Source: a virus
Length of the DNA stretch: 64,000 nt
Virus record (IMG/VR): IMGVR_UViG_3300032235_000623
Span: 44,850-108,849 of that record
Reading direction: 5' to 3' (one strand)
Both the position numbers and the translations under genes were made by a program. The notes under the pieces are model-generated. The model worked only from the letters and a program-made list of their open reading frames with translations, was not told the DNA's origin and ran no database searches. Of the stretch, positions 1-9,948 are shown one piece after another (position 1 is the stretch's first letter; each line of letters starts with the position of its first letter).

Positions 1-48
1 GAATTATTAATTTAATTAAATATATTTATCAGGTATAATATATCTATA

Positions 49-369
49 ATGAAAATAGATATAGCTACCCTTATTTTGTCATTACTTGCAGCAATTTTGA
101 GCGGAATGGGAACCGCCATAATTGCTGGAATTAAAGACTCAAAAAAGGAAAAGGTTAGACGCCAAGAGCGTGACCAAGACCATCTTAAAATGGAAATAAA
201 AGATTTAAAAATTCAATTATATGAGCTAGAAAAGCAGTTGACTGAATGGAAAGATAAATATTATCATGCAATTCAGCAATTAATTGAAGTTAAGTCTGAA
301 TTAGAACAAACATTAATTCAATTAGACCATATTAATATACATGTGGAAGAGCAGTCTAGCAATCAATAA
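49..369 (+). CDS. Membrane-anchored coiled-coil hypothetical protein
   Basis: N-terminal hydrophobic helix followed by a heptad-rich charged region. Confidence 0.6.
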   Translation: MKIDIATLILSLLAAILSGMGTAIIAGIKDSKKEKVRRQERDQDHLKMEIKDLKIQLYELEKQLTEWKDKYYHAIQQLIEVKSELEQTLIQLDHINIHVEEQSSNQ

Positions 370-391
370 ATAAAAATAGTACAATAGAAGC

Positions 392-958
392 ATGACTTGT
401 ATTGTAGCCGTTATCCATGAAAACAAAGTTTATCTTGGCGGAGATTCCGCTGCATCAGACGACAAAACTGGGCTCATAGTTCAAAGAACTGATCCAAAAG
501 TTTTTAAGGTTGGACAATTCGGTATTGGGTTCACAGATTCTTTTAGAATGGGACAGATACTTCAGTATAATTGGACGCCACCTAAGTATGTTCCAACAGT
601 TGGCAATAAAAATTTAGATAAATTTATGCGAACTAAATTCGTTGATTCAATCAAGGAAGTATTCAAAGAACATGGATACGGAAACTTTGGATCCAACACT
701 GAAGATGGAGATGAGGGTGGCATATTCCTTGTGGCGGTAGCTGGAACTGGAAGAATATTCACTATAGATTTAGACTATCACATCGGAGAGGCTGACGTAA
801 TGTACATGGCTGAAGGAAGTGGTCAGCAAGTCGCATTGGGATCATTATTCTCAACAGCACAAGTAAAAACACCACGTAAGCGTGTCAGAATGGCCCTAGA
901 AGCCTCAGCAAAATTTATTATGAGCGTACGTGGCCCCTTTACAATAATAGAAGTATAA
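392..958 (+). CDS. HslV/proteasome-beta-like Ntn-hydrolase protease
   Basis: Starts MTCIVAV..GGDS with Thr2 as potential N-terminal nucleophile; K in PKVF; AEGSG motif; leaderless start 6 nt after TACAAT. Confidence 0.75.
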   Translation: MTCIVAVIHENKVYLGGDSAASDDKTGLIVQRTDPKVFKVGQFGIGFTDSFRMGQILQYNWTPPKYVPTVGNKNLDKFMRTKFVDSIKEVFKEHGYGNFGSNTEDGDEGGIFLVAVAGTGRIFTIDLDYHIGEADVMYMAEGSGQQVALGSLFSTAQVKTPRKRVRMALEASAKFIMSVRGPFTIIEV

Positions 959-972
959 AGTATAATTAAACT

Positions 973-1188
973 ATGAAGGATCCCAAGGATATCAATCACT
1001 TAAAGCCCAATTATGATAAAGCTATGGATATTCGTGGTGTCCCAACACATGTGTGTCCCTGCGGATGTGAAGTGTTTAACTTAAAAGTAATTTTTCATAA
1101 CTATGAGATAGCAAGTTACTTTATAGATATGGAATGTGCGAGCTGTGGAACAATCGCAACAGCGCCAACCCCCTTAGATATGGAATAG
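973..1188 (+). CDS. Small Zn-ribbon protein
   Basis: CPCGC and CASC motifs; ATG 6 nt after TATAAT. Confidence 0.6.
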   Translation: MKDPKDINHLKPNYDKAMDIRGVPTHVCPCGCEVFNLKVIFHNYEIASYFIDMECASCGTIATAPTPLDME

Positions 1189-1193
1189 TATAA

Positions 1194-1364
1194 ATGAGAA
1201 AATCTGAAAGAATGCTCAATCTAGAATTAGAAATTTATAAGTTAAGAATAGAATTAGATTTAGTTTATGAAATATTAAACAATATTGTTGCAGCAAACGA
1301 AGCTGCAAGCATAGAAGCTGGCAAGTGGTATGTAAGAAGACCACGATTCGATTCAGAAAATTAG
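1194..1364 (+). CDS. Hypothetical 56-aa protein (not in ORF track)
   Basis: Open ATG..TAG frame fills the intergenic gap. Confidence 0.5.
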   Translation: MRKSERMLNLELEIYKLRIELDLVYEILNNIVAANEAASIEAGKWYVRRPRFDSEN

Positions 1365-1366
1365 TA

Positions 1367-1395
1367 TTGACAGAACTCAATAATTATTGTATTAT
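1367..1395 (+). promoter_or_regulatory. Sigma70-type promoter driving a leaderless S8 protease mRNA
   Basis: TTGACA-N17-TATTAT, ATG at 1402 six nt later. Confidence 0.65.
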
Positions 1396-1401
1396 TCATT
1401 T

Positions 1402-2337
1402 ATGAAAAAAACACTAACTGCTATTGCTGTGATTGCGATTTCGGCGGTATCGCTTCCAGCTAATGCAGCACTAAAAAACTCTACCGCCCAGTTACCAACA
1501 CTTGCTATCATCGATACTGCTCTAGATACTTCAATTCCATCTATTAAAGAAAAACTGATCGGAGAAGTTTGTATCCTGGATTGGAATTCATGCCCTAATG
1601 GACAACCTTTTATGGAGGGTACAGGGGCATCAGTGCTTCCAATGAATATTTTATCAACTAATAACTTTAACCATGGTACACAGATGGCTTCTGTAGCAGT
1701 AAAAAATAATCCAAACATGAATATTCTATTTATTAGAATTATTGGTCATACTGCTGACGGTCGTAGACAAGTAACAAGAGCCAACCTTGTCCCTAGAGTT
1801 TTAGAGTGGATTAATGCAAATAAAGATAGATATAATGTTCAATCTATTGCAATGTCACAAGGTCATCACAATCTAGTAAAAACTGGTGATTATTGCCCTA
1901 AAAATGTCGAGCTAGATGTTGCATTAGAAAAGCTAAATTCTGCTAACATTCCAGTGATGTTCGCTGTTGGAAATGATAGAGACTACTCAAGAATTGACTG
2001 GCCAGCATGCCACATGTCTCCAAACGTTTTTGCTATAGCTGGGTCAGAAAACCACAACGCCCCAGCAACCTATAATAATCACGATTCAACTAGAACAGAC
2101 TTTTTTGATTATGGAAATCAGCAAGTTGTTAGACCTGGAAATATTCAGGCGTACGCTGCTGGATCATCTGTAGCAAATGTTTCGTTTGCTGCAAAATGGT
2201 TGGGTATCAAAACTTCTAAATCATATGTTTCTATATCTGATATTTCTAATGTTATTAAAAATACATCTTTGTCAATCAAGAACTCACGTGGGGTATCTGG
2301 ACTTCTAATTGATTATGGAAAGGCTACAAATGGCTAA
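1402..2337 (+). CDS. Secreted subtilisin-like (S8) serine peptidase
   Basis: Signal peptide ending ANA; AIIDT, HGTQMA, AVGN and GSSVA motifs. Confidence 0.8.
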   Translation: MKKTLTAIAVIAISAVSLPANAALKNSTAQLPTLAIIDTALDTSIPSIKEKLIGEVCILDWNSCPNGQPFMEGTGASVLPMNILSTNNFNHGTQMASVAVKNNPNMNILFIRIIGHTADGRRQVTRANLVPRVLEWINANKDRYNVQSIAMSQGHHNLVKTGDYCPKNVELDVALEKLNSANIPVMFAVGNDRDYSRIDWPACHMSPNVFAIAGSENHNAPATYNNHDSTRTDFFDYGNQQVVRPGNIQAYAAGSSVANVSFAAKWLGIKTSKSYVSISDISNVIKNTSLSIKNSRGVSGLLIDYGKATNG

Positions 2338-2539
2338 AGATTTAACGGTGCTTGAAGAAATCATAGGTGAGGTTGCAGAAGATGTCTATAATAAATGGGC
2401 ACTTGCTTTGCCAGAAGAACAGAAGACAGATGATGCTCTATCTGCATTAAGCAAGAATGCTTATGAAGTCACTGTAATGATTATTCAGAACTTTATGAAG
2501 CGTTTTAACGAAGCAGCAGAAGAGCTAAAAGATAAGTAA
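2330..2539 (+). CDS. Hypothetical protein
   Basis: ORF overlapping the S8 stop; MAKDL start after GGAAAGG. Confidence 0.6.
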   Translation: MAKDLTVLEEIIGEVAEDVYNKWALALPEEQKTDDALSALSKNAYEVTVMIIQNFMKRFNEAAEELKDK

Positions 2540-2585
2540 AATTATGGGGGAGGGTATTGACTCTCCCCCAATTATTTAGTAGGAT

Positions 2586-3065
2586 ATGGGTATGCAAACA
2601 TTTCTTCCACACAAAGACTTTTCCGAGACAGCAAAACATTTAGACCGTAAGCGTTTAATCAAGCAGAGTGTAGAAAACCTTCAGGTACTTAAGTCTCTCT
2701 CTGGACACTACGATAAAACTGGTGCTTGGGTAAACCACCCAGCAGTAAAGATGTGGCGTGGTCACGAAGACTGGCTATTCTTATATAACGAGGCAATTGT
2801 AAGAGAGATTATTCTTAGAGGGTATAAGAATAGCACAAGAGAAACATTTGACTCAATCTATCAAGAGAATTTTATTGCTCTTGAGTCTGATTCACCTTGG
2901 TGGCTTGGTAATGAGAGCCTCCACTACTCTCATAAGGGTAGATTATACGAAAAAGATCAAGAATCATATTATTTCTATGCGGAATTTGCTGATTATAAGG
3001 AATTAGGATATACTTGCTGCGTGTCCTGCAACTATTACTGGCCTACTCATGTGGAGAATCTATGA
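2586..3065 (+). CDS. Pyrimidine-dimer DNA glycosylase / MSMEG_6728 family
   Basis: MQTFLP..LD.KRL.KQ..E..Q and HPAVKMWRG motifs. Confidence 0.8.
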   Translation: MGMQTFLPHKDFSETAKHLDRKRLIKQSVENLQVLKSLSGHYDKTGAWVNHPAVKMWRGHEDWLFLYNEAIVREIILRGYKNSTRETFDSIYQENFIALESDSPWWLGNESLHYSHKGRLYEKDQESYYFYAEFADYKELGYTCCVSCNYYWPTHVENL

Positions 3066-3367
3066 TAGTAAACGACGAAAATTTCGATAATACTATCAGT
3101 TCACACAGGCTTGTAATGATAGATTTTTGGGCTGAATGGTGCAGACCTTGCAAAATTTTTAGTCCAATTATTGAAGAAGTCTCAAACGAGACTGGAATAT
3201 GGCTTGGAAAGATTAACATTGACGATAATCAAATTAAGCCAGCAGAGTACGAAGTATCTTCTATACCAACAACTATTTTATTTCAAGATGGTGTTCCAGT
3301 AAAAAGAATTATAGGCGCAAAGCCAAAGCATGTAATGTTACAGGAGCTTTCAGAATGGGTGAACTAG
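3062..3367 (+). CDS. trxA: Thioredoxin
   Basis: DFWAEWCRPC active site, SIPT cis-Pro, about 100 aa. Confidence 0.9.
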   Translation: MIVNDENFDNTISSHRLVMIDFWAEWCRPCKIFSPIIEEVSNETGIWLGKINIDDNQIKPAEYEVSSIPTTILFQDGVPVKRIIGAKPKHVMLQELSEWVN

Positions 3368-3528
3368 ATTTTAATAGCTGGATAAAATATGGCTATGAAA
3401 AGGGGTGGACTTCTGATGTATTTTGTAATACTCATGATGGCCCACCTATGAATGATATAGAGATGCAAGAATGGGAAGATGGAGGAGATCCGTGTTCCTT
3501 CCACATTCGTTTGTGGGAATTAGACTAA
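3355..3528 (+). CDS. Hypothetical 57-aa protein (not in ORF track)
   Basis: MGELDFNSW..CNTHDG..GGDPC ORF after AGGAG RBS. Confidence 0.6.
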   Translation: MGELDFNSWIKYGYEKGWTSDVFCNTHDGPPMNDIEMQEWEDGGDPCSFHIRLWELD

Positions 3529-3578
3529 AATTCTGTGCCTAACAATGGGGGCAGATAAATTAAGGAGAAAGAAATTAA

Positions 3579-4685
3579 ATGAAGTCATTTAATAAAATCG
3601 CACTAGCCATGGTTGCAGCCATGGCTATGGGCACAATCGTAGCAACACCTGCAAGTGCTGCTGTAATGACAGTCGCTGTAACTCTTGATGGAACGGCTAA
3701 TACAACCGCTTCCTCAGTTTCTACACCTGCTGCATTGCCAGTTCCTGCAGACAACTCAGTTGATGCTGCTGACGCACTTAAGTTTGTAGCAACAGTTGAC
3801 ACAGGAACATCAGTTTCTGTAACAGCAACAAATGCAACAATCGTGTCTGCACTACACACATCTGCTGCACCAGTCGGAGCATCATCAGGATCATCATCTT
3901 TGACAATTGCTACTGGTACAGGAACAACTGCAACATTTTATGTCTACACAAAGACAACAGCAATTGGTACAGTTGTAGTTACAAACCAGGGAACACAACT
4001 TACATACTACGTACAGGGTACTGCTGGCAAGATTAATAACCTTGCTGTTTCAGCACCAGCAAACGGTGCTGCTGGAACAAAGCAGGATATTACAGTTACT
4101 GCAACAGACGTATTCGGAAACAAGGTTTCTGGTAAGTCAATTACAGCAACAGTATTTGCTTCAACAGCAACACTTGATACAGCAACAGCAACAACTGGTG
4201 CTACTCTTTCAGACTTTGGAGTTGCAAAGTTTTCTGCAACACTTCCAACAACTGGAACACGATCACTTATTACATTTGCACCAACAAACTCAGGAGATGC
4301 AACATCTGCTGATGTAACTGGTTTAACTGCTCGTACTCTTGCACCTTTTGCAGAGATTGCAGTTCGTGATCTAGTATCAGAACTTGCTGCACAGACAGCT
4401 GCTAAGACAGCTGCTGAAAGAGCTCTTGCAGATGCAGTAGCAAAGGCTGCATCTGATTCAGCAGCAGCAAAGGCTGCAGCAGAAGCAGCAGCTCTAACAG
4501 CTGCAGCAGAAATTGCTAAGCTAAAGGCAGAAGCTGTAACAGCAAAGCTTGCACACGATGCAGAAATTGCTAAGCTAAAGGCGGATAATGCGGTAGCGAT
4601 TAAGGCAATCAAGGATGCTTTCAATAAGTTGGCTCGCCAATGGAATGCAAAGAATCCAAAGTCAAAAGTTACTCTAGTAAAGTAA
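3579..4685 (+). CDS. Secreted Ala/Thr-rich surface-type protein with Ig-like repeats and a C-terminal coiled coil
   Basis: Signal peptide ending PASA; beta-rich Thr/Val/Ala segments (ATDVFGN); AAKA coiled coil; AAGGAG RBS. Confidence 0.7.
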   Translation: MKSFNKIALAMVAAMAMGTIVATPASAAVMTVAVTLDGTANTTASSVSTPAALPVPADNSVDAADALKFVATVDTGTSVSVTATNATIVSALHTSAAPVGASSGSSSLTIATGTGTTATFYVYTKTTAIGTVVVTNQGTQLTYYVQGTAGKINNLAVSAPANGAAGTKQDITVTATDVFGNKVSGKSITATVFASTATLDTATATTGATLSDFGVAKFSATLPTTGTRSLITFAPTNSGDATSADVTGLTARTLAPFAEIAVRDLVSELAAQTAAKTAAERALADAVAKAASDSAAAKAAAEAAALTAAAEIAKLKAEAVTAKLAHDAEIAKLKADNAVAIKAIKDAFNKLARQWNAKNPKSKVTLVK

Positions 4686-4693
4686 TTTAATAA

Positions 4694-4725
4694 TAAAGGG
4701 GCAGGGGAGACCTTGCCCCTTTATT
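4694..4725 (+). terminator. Intrinsic (possibly bidirectional) terminator
   Basis: AAAGGGGCAGGG / CCTTGCCCCTTT inverted repeat. Confidence 0.7.
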
Positions 4726-4896
4726 GTATTAATGATAGAATATGGATATGGATTTAGATAGTTTATATGTTTTTATAAAAAAACAGTCTATAAATGATAT
4801 TATTAAAGACTTAGAAGACTTAGAATTTCCACCAGAGTGGAGACCAAGAGACGTTCTTGGGTTTGTGATCAGAAAATTGCAAGAAAAGGAAATGCA

Positions 4897-5136
4897 ATGT
4901 TAAAAAATATTAGTAAAAAAATAAATAAATGGCTTTCACCTACAACTTATGTTGATTTGGATGTAATCCTTGAAGATATCAATGCTGAAAAGGTTGTTAA
5001 GAAGACAGCTAAGAAGGCACCAGTAAAGAAAACTGCTTCTAAGAAGGCTCCTGCAAAGAAGGTTGCTAAGAAGGCTCCTGCGAAGAAGAAGCCAGCAGCT
5101 AAGAAGGTAGCAAAGAAAGCGCCTGCTAAGAAGTAA
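4897..5136 (+). CDS. Histone H1/HupB-tail-like Lys-Ala-Pro-rich DNA-binding protein
   Basis: Repeated KKAPAKK/KKVAKK units. Confidence 0.7.
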   Translation: MLKNISKKINKWLSPTTYVDLDVILEDINAEKVVKKTAKKAPVKKTASKKAPAKKVAKKAPAKKKPAAKKVAKKAPAKK

Positions 5137-5337
5137 ATGGAATCTAAAAAGCGAAGTATTATCAAAGCCATTACATGGCAATTTGTTCACCTAGGATTCG
5201 TGGCTGGCTTAATATACATATATACACGTGAGTGGGAGTATGCATCACTTGGGGCTATAGGCTACCTAGCCTGGGAATCAACAGCCTATTATTTTCATGA
5301 GCGGGCATGGATAAGATTTGGAAATAATATCAAGTAA
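5137..5337 (+). CDS. DUF2061-like small membrane protein
   Basis: MESKKRSIIKAITW..YYFHERAW pattern. Confidence 0.7.
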   Translation: MESKKRSIIKAITWQFVHLGFVAGLIYIYTREWEYASLGAIGYLAWESTAYYFHERAWIRFGNNIK

Positions 5338-5521
5338 TGGATTTATTAGATATTTGCGAAATAAAGGATTGTAATAGTCAGGCTGAGCGCATAACAAGCA
5401 CTGAAACAAAGATAATCCAAGTATGCATAGAATGCTACAATAAAAAATATAAAAAATGATATAATGTATAATATGGAAGGATTTCTAGACCCTTCTAAAT
5501 AAACCCTATAGGAGATAAGAA

Positions 5522-5683
5522 ATGTCAGATGGAAAGAATTTAACAGGTTTTGGCGAGACAAAGCCAGCAGGCGTAACACCATGGAACAACAACGAGCAGT
5601 ATGCTCAGGATCCAAAGGCTGCATTCCCTGCAACAGATAAGTCATCACAAGACGGCGCTGGACTTAACAACGGCGGTAAGTAA
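5522..5683 (+). CDS. Hypothetical 53-aa Gly/Asn-rich protein (not in ORF track)
   Basis: AGGAG RBS then MSDGKNLTGFG..NNGGK. Confidence 0.55.
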   Translation: MSDGKNLTGFGETKPAGVTPWNNNEQYAQDPKAAFPATDKSSQDGAGLNNGGK

Positions 5684-5685
5684 TA

Positions 5686-5841
5686 ATGTGCGTAGAATGT
5701 GGCTGCCAAATGGTTGGCAGCGAAACTGGTATTGTTGGAATTAACGGTGGCATGTTAGACGTATCTACAGACGGAGATTCTGGACTAACACTAAACATGA
5801 CAGCAAACCGTGAACAAAGAGAAAGATTCATTAACGAATAA
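5686..5841 (+). CDS. Hypothetical 51-aa protein with N-terminal MCVECGC
   Basis: Tightly coupled to neighbouring ORFs. Confidence 0.55.
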   Translation: MCVECGCQMVGSETGIVGINGGMLDVSTDGDSGLTLNMTANREQRERFINE

Positions 5842-6053
5842 TGTCTGAAAACGGATCAGAGACCGTTACCGCTTCAAATGCAGAGCCATCTGGAGCGGTA
5901 ACTTCTACCGAAGCTACTAGAAAAAACCCTAGTCAGGGTAAATTTAAGTCTGGAATTAATAAAAAAGTTCCGATGAAGGTAGATGTAAATAAGCACGGAA
6001 TTAGAAGAGAGACTAGCATCCAGCCTAAAAAGGTTGGAAGAAAAAAGGTTTAA
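5841..6053 (+). CDS. Hypothetical basic protein
   Basis: TAATG coupling. Confidence 0.55.
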   Translation: MSENGSETVTASNAEPSGAVTSTEATRKNPSQGKFKSGINKKVPMKVDVNKHGIRRETSIQPKKVGRKKV

Positions 6054-6085
6054 TCTAACCTTTGTAACTAGAAAAGAGAGTATCT

Positions 6086-6790
6086 TTGTACATAGTAACT
6101 GGATCAGGATCTGGCATAGGTAAATCAGTATATAAAACTTTAAAAGAAACTGATCCAGTTATTGGTATTGATATTTTGCAATCAGACATTGTTTGTGATC
6201 TATCTTACGAAAAAAATATAAAAGAATTAGTATCCGAAATAACAAATTCCAATAAAGAAATAAGTGGTGTCATCACATGTGCTGGAGTTGTTGGTGGAGA
6301 TAGTGTAATATCAACTAATTATTTTGGATCTATCAGACTTGTAGAATACTTATATGCCCATTATGGCAAAATAAATGCAATACTAATTGGGTCTATTATA
6401 TTTACACACACAAAAGTTAATAATGAGTTAATAGATTTATTGCTAGATGGTAGTGAATCAGATGCAATATATTTTGCAAGGAAGAATAATCTTACAGATA
6501 CAGAGATATATGCATCCTGCAAGCTAGCCCTTAATTTTTGGGCAAGACGTTTTATTAAGAATAACCCAAACTCTAGAATAAACGTCATACATCCATCATT
6601 AACTAAAACTGGAATGACAGAAAAGTATTTAAAGAGTGAAGTTATAAAAATTATTTTTGCTGAAGATATACATAAGGCATATTTGGGCGAGCCAGAAGAA
6701 GTATCTGGCTTAGTATGCTATCTAATAAAAAATTCAAAGTTTGTAAATGGACAATCTATATTTATAGATGACGGTGTGTACAGTGTGTAA
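6086..6790 (+). CDS. Short-chain dehydrogenase/reductase (SDR)
   Basis: TGSGSGIG Rossmann motif, YASCK (YxxxK), NGQSIFIDDG tail. Confidence 0.85.
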   Translation: MYIVTGSGSGIGKSVYKTLKETDPVIGIDILQSDIVCDLSYEKNIKELVSEITNSNKEISGVITCAGVVGGDSVISTNYFGSIRLVEYLYAHYGKINAILIGSIIFTHTKVNNELIDLLLDGSESDAIYFARKNNLTDTEIYASCKLALNFWARRFIKNNPNSRINVIHPSLTKTGMTEKYLKSEVIKIIFAEDIHKAYLGEPEEVSGLVCYLIKNSKFVNGQSIFIDDGVYSV

Positions 6791-6874
6791 GACATGCGGA
6801 AACTGCTCTCAAGAGCACAATAAAACAATTGATGATGCAGTAGATAATATCTTAGATTCGAGTATAATATAAGA

Positions 6875-7108
6875 ATGAAAAGAAAGCTATTAGATGGGTC
6901 TGCGGTAGACTCTTTAGAAAGCCCTGTACAGTTAGTTATTCATACTAAGGCTCCACAAAAATGGAAGATAATAGATATGGAAACTGGCGAAGAGTACATT
7001 GGTTCAGAAATATCGCATCCAGTTTTTAGCAAAACATTAAAAAGTAAGGTTTTAGCTGGTCATATCGGATCGTGGAAAAAAATAAAATTTAGGAATAAAA
7101 ATGAGTAA
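6875..7108 (+). CDS. Hypothetical protein
   Basis: Leaderless ORF after TATAAT. Confidence 0.55.
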   Translation: MKRKLLDGSAVDSLESPVQLVIHTKAPQKWKIIDMETGEEYIGSEISHPVFSKTLKSKVLAGHIGSWKKIKFRNKNE

Positions 7109-7231
7109 ATATTCTATTAAAAAAGAACAAAAGTGCTACTACTGCACTGAGGAAGGTCTTTATTTTGACTATGCTGATTATAGATGTATAAGTGTTTGTA
7201 AAAATCATTTAAATATGGAAGCCTCAAGCTA

Positions 7232-8479
7232 ATGTCAATTCAAAATAATTTAAAAAAAGCTGGTCCAGAATTTCTTTTAAATTTAAAAAAACAAAATGGT
7301 GAAGTATTTTGGATACAGGATTATTTATTTGCATTCAATGAAAACTACGTAAATGAAATTTATGTTAAGCAGTACAACAACTTTACAAAAGCTGGCGGAT
7401 GGCATAAGATTAAAGAGGGAATAGGATCAGGGTTGCTCACTAGTGAAGAGCCAAAGCACCTAGTCAATAGAAGAATACTAAACCCTGCATTTCATGTGAA
7501 TAAGATTAATAAGCATATTGATGAAATGCGTTCAATAATTTCAAAAGAATTAAGTAATTTACAAAGTCAGAGTGAATTTAATATATCAGATTATTTTTTA
7601 AACTTGAGCTATATAGTATTAACTAATACCTTATTTAATGATAAAAACCTATCTGAATCAAAAGAATTTAAAGATATATTTTATTCAATTATGAAGAAAA
7701 CTGTTGATGACGAAGATCCGCACCATGAATCTTTGGAAGAGTATAGGAGCAGTTTATATAATTTAATATCAAAAGTAGTTTTGGATAGAGTCTCTAACGA
7801 AGAACATAATGATGACTTCCTAGACCTATTAATTGAATCATTCAATGATGGCGAGATGTCATTGCATGAAATAGTGGATGAGATACTCAGTATGCTACTT
7901 GCTGGACATGAAACAACGGCTAACGTCGTATCATGGGCAATATGTCATGTGTCATTAAATCAGGAAATAAAGAATAATATAAAAATAGAATCAGACTTAT
8001 TTATAAATAAAATAAATACCAATGGAGTTCTTGATTCTTTAAAGGATTTAACAAATTCAGAATATGCTATAAAGGAAACATTAAGACTCTATCCTCCAGT
8101 CTGGTCTAGCCCAAGGGAGGCAATTAGTGATTGCTATATAGAGGACACCTTCATTCCAAAGGGAACAAAAATTATATTAAGCTCATATGTTTCCCATAGA
8201 GATGAAAAGTATTTTGATGATCCAGAATTATTTATGCCAGATAGATGGGATAATAATTTTGAGGACACCCTACCTCAAGGCTCATACTTTCCATTCCATC
8301 TTGGTCCAAGAAAGTGTATCGGATATCGTTTTGGAGAAATACAGGCAAAAATTACATTACTAGAATTTTTTAAAAACTTTGAGATTGATTTATTGAACGG
8401 AATGCCTAAAGGTGTGCCATATGCAACATATAGAATATCTGAAAATTTCTGTGTTGAATTAAGAAAGAGTGATCAGTGA
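7232..8479 (+). CDS. Cytochrome P450
   Basis: I-helix AGHETT, K-helix ETLR, FMPDRW meander, heme motif FHLGPRKCIG. Confidence 0.95.
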   Translation: MSIQNNLKKAGPEFLLNLKKQNGEVFWIQDYLFAFNENYVNEIYVKQYNNFTKAGGWHKIKEGIGSGLLTSEEPKHLVNRRILNPAFHVNKINKHIDEMRSIISKELSNLQSQSEFNISDYFLNLSYIVLTNTLFNDKNLSESKEFKDIFYSIMKKTVDDEDPHHESLEEYRSSLYNLISKVVLDRVSNEEHNDDFLDLLIESFNDGEMSLHEIVDEILSMLLAGHETTANVVSWAICHVSLNQEIKNNIKIESDLFINKINTNGVLDSLKDLTNSEYAIKETLRLYPPVWSSPREAISDCYIEDTFIPKGTKIILSSYVSHRDEKYFDDPELFMPDRWDNNFEDTLPQGSYFPFHLGPRKCIGYRFGEIQAKITLLEFFKNFEIDLLNGMPKGVPYATYRISENFCVELRKSDQ

Positions 8480-9264
8480 AGATTCATTACATGACAGACT
8501 CAGGAAACGATCTATCTGAGCTATCAAATATCCTAGATGATGCAGGCTACTACTCTCTCCTTCTGGTATATCATTCAACAAAACCAGATGCCTGGATTAA
8601 ATGTGCTAATGCTTTAAATAAAAAACATAAGTTTAAGTACATGATAGCCATGAGGCCGTATGCAATTAGCCCAGAGTACTTTTCTATGATGTGCAACGCA
8701 TTTAATGAGCTGTCTCCAAACAGGATAATGTTTAACATAGTAGCTGGAGACTTACATAAAGAAGAGAAAAGCGTAGAGCATGCTTTATTTATCGGCGACC
8801 TTATAGAAACATCAGAAAAGAGAGTAAAGTATACTGCTGAATGGATAAAGAAATTAAAAGAAATTAATAAGATAAGGCCATTCCCAGAGATAGTAATGTC
8901 TGGGTTTTCTGATAAAACATTAGAAACTGCTGCAGAGTTTGCGGACTATAATTTATGTATGATTGATACATACAAAGAGCATACAGATAGATTTAATAAA
9001 AATAAAAATAGAATGGTTTCTGCTCAGATTATAATAAGGGATACGTATGAGGAAGCAAAAGAGTTTGCTGATAAATATGTGCCAGAAGAGCACAAAAGAA
9101 GGTGGACAATTTTTGGAACAGAGTCTGACATTATTAATGAGTTTGAATATCTTGAGTCTATTGGGGTCACAGACATAATGCTTAGATCGCATAATTCAGA
9201 TTTAAAGGTTAATTTAACTCACAATTTTGTAAAAAAATATAACTCAAGAGAAATGGTACAATAA
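8476..9264 (+). CDS. Luciferase-like (LLM class) flavin-dependent monooxygenase
   Basis: YMIAMRP..SPEY..NRIMFNIVAG and final GT..GVTDIML pattern of the SsuD-like fold. Confidence 0.75.
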   Translation: MKIHYMTDSGNDLSELSNILDDAGYYSLLLVYHSTKPDAWIKCANALNKKHKFKYMIAMRPYAISPEYFSMMCNAFNELSPNRIMFNIVAGDLHKEEKSVEHALFIGDLIETSEKRVKYTAEWIKKLKEINKIRPFPEIVMSGFSDKTLETAAEFADYNLCMIDTYKEHTDRFNKNKNRMVSAQIIIRDTYEEAKEFADKYVPEEHKRRWTIFGTESDIINEFEYLESIGVTDIMLRSHNSDLKVNLTHNFVKKYNSREMVQ

Positions 9265-9267
9265 GAT

Positions 9268-9948
9268 ATGACTAAAATTTATGCAATAGGTGACTGCCAC
9301 CTATCAAGAGTGCAGGAACATTATAATCCAAGCGAAAGCGATGTGGATTTTGTTATATGGGGCAAGGCTGCGAAGAAGATATGGGACATTAATTTTGCAG
9401 AGATGCTGACGCTGGACGAGGTATCCTCTGGTAAAGAGCAGCAAAGATTTGATGGAGACGGTGTAACGCTATTTAGCCAAATTAAAGATGAAGATATATT
9501 GTTCGCATGGTTTGGATATGTTGATATTAGAACATTTTTATCTAAATATAACAATGCTGATGAGGTTGCTAAAAGGTATGTAGATCAGCTTAAATCTTAT
9601 TTTAAAAATTCTTTAATTGTTATTATAGAGCCTCTACCTCAGTTTACTGAAATGTTATTAAAGTACGAAGGTATTAGTCCATCATATACATATGAAGAAA
9701 GATTGAACCAAAATAAACTCTTTATAGAGTCTTTGCACAAATATGCATCAGATGCAGGAATTACACATTTTATAACTCAAGACGATATAAAAAAGGCCAT
9801 AGGAAGCGATGAGTTAACGCCTGCTATGACTCACACAAAAGCCCCTCACCCAGTTGATGGCTTGAAGGACGAATATAACCAAAATATATTTTTCTTGTTT
9901 GAAAGATATGCCAAAAAAATTATAGAGGAGAACTTTAATGACAACTAA
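9268..9948 (+). CDS. SGNH/GDSL-fold-like protein (Cys at the Ser position)
   Basis: IYAIGDCH and FGYVDIR resemble SGNH blocks I and III. Confidence 0.45.
   Translation: MTKIYAIGDCHLSRVQEHYNPSESDVDFVIWGKAAKKIWDINFAEMLTLDEVSSGKEQQRFDGDGVTLFSQIKDEDILFAWFGYVDIRTFLSKYNNADEVAKRYVDQLKSYFKNSLIVIIEPLPQFTEMLLKYEGISPSYTYEERLNQNKLFIESLHKYASDAGITHFITQDDIKKAIGSDELTPAMTHTKAPHPVDGLKDEYNQNIFFLFERYAKKIIEENFNDN

Noticed and set aside
4007-4624. Long antisense ORFs (also 51278-51928, 37473-37856, 31985-32389 and those inside the tape measure)
   Set aside because: Shadows of codon-biased plus-strand genes, with no RBS or family motifs
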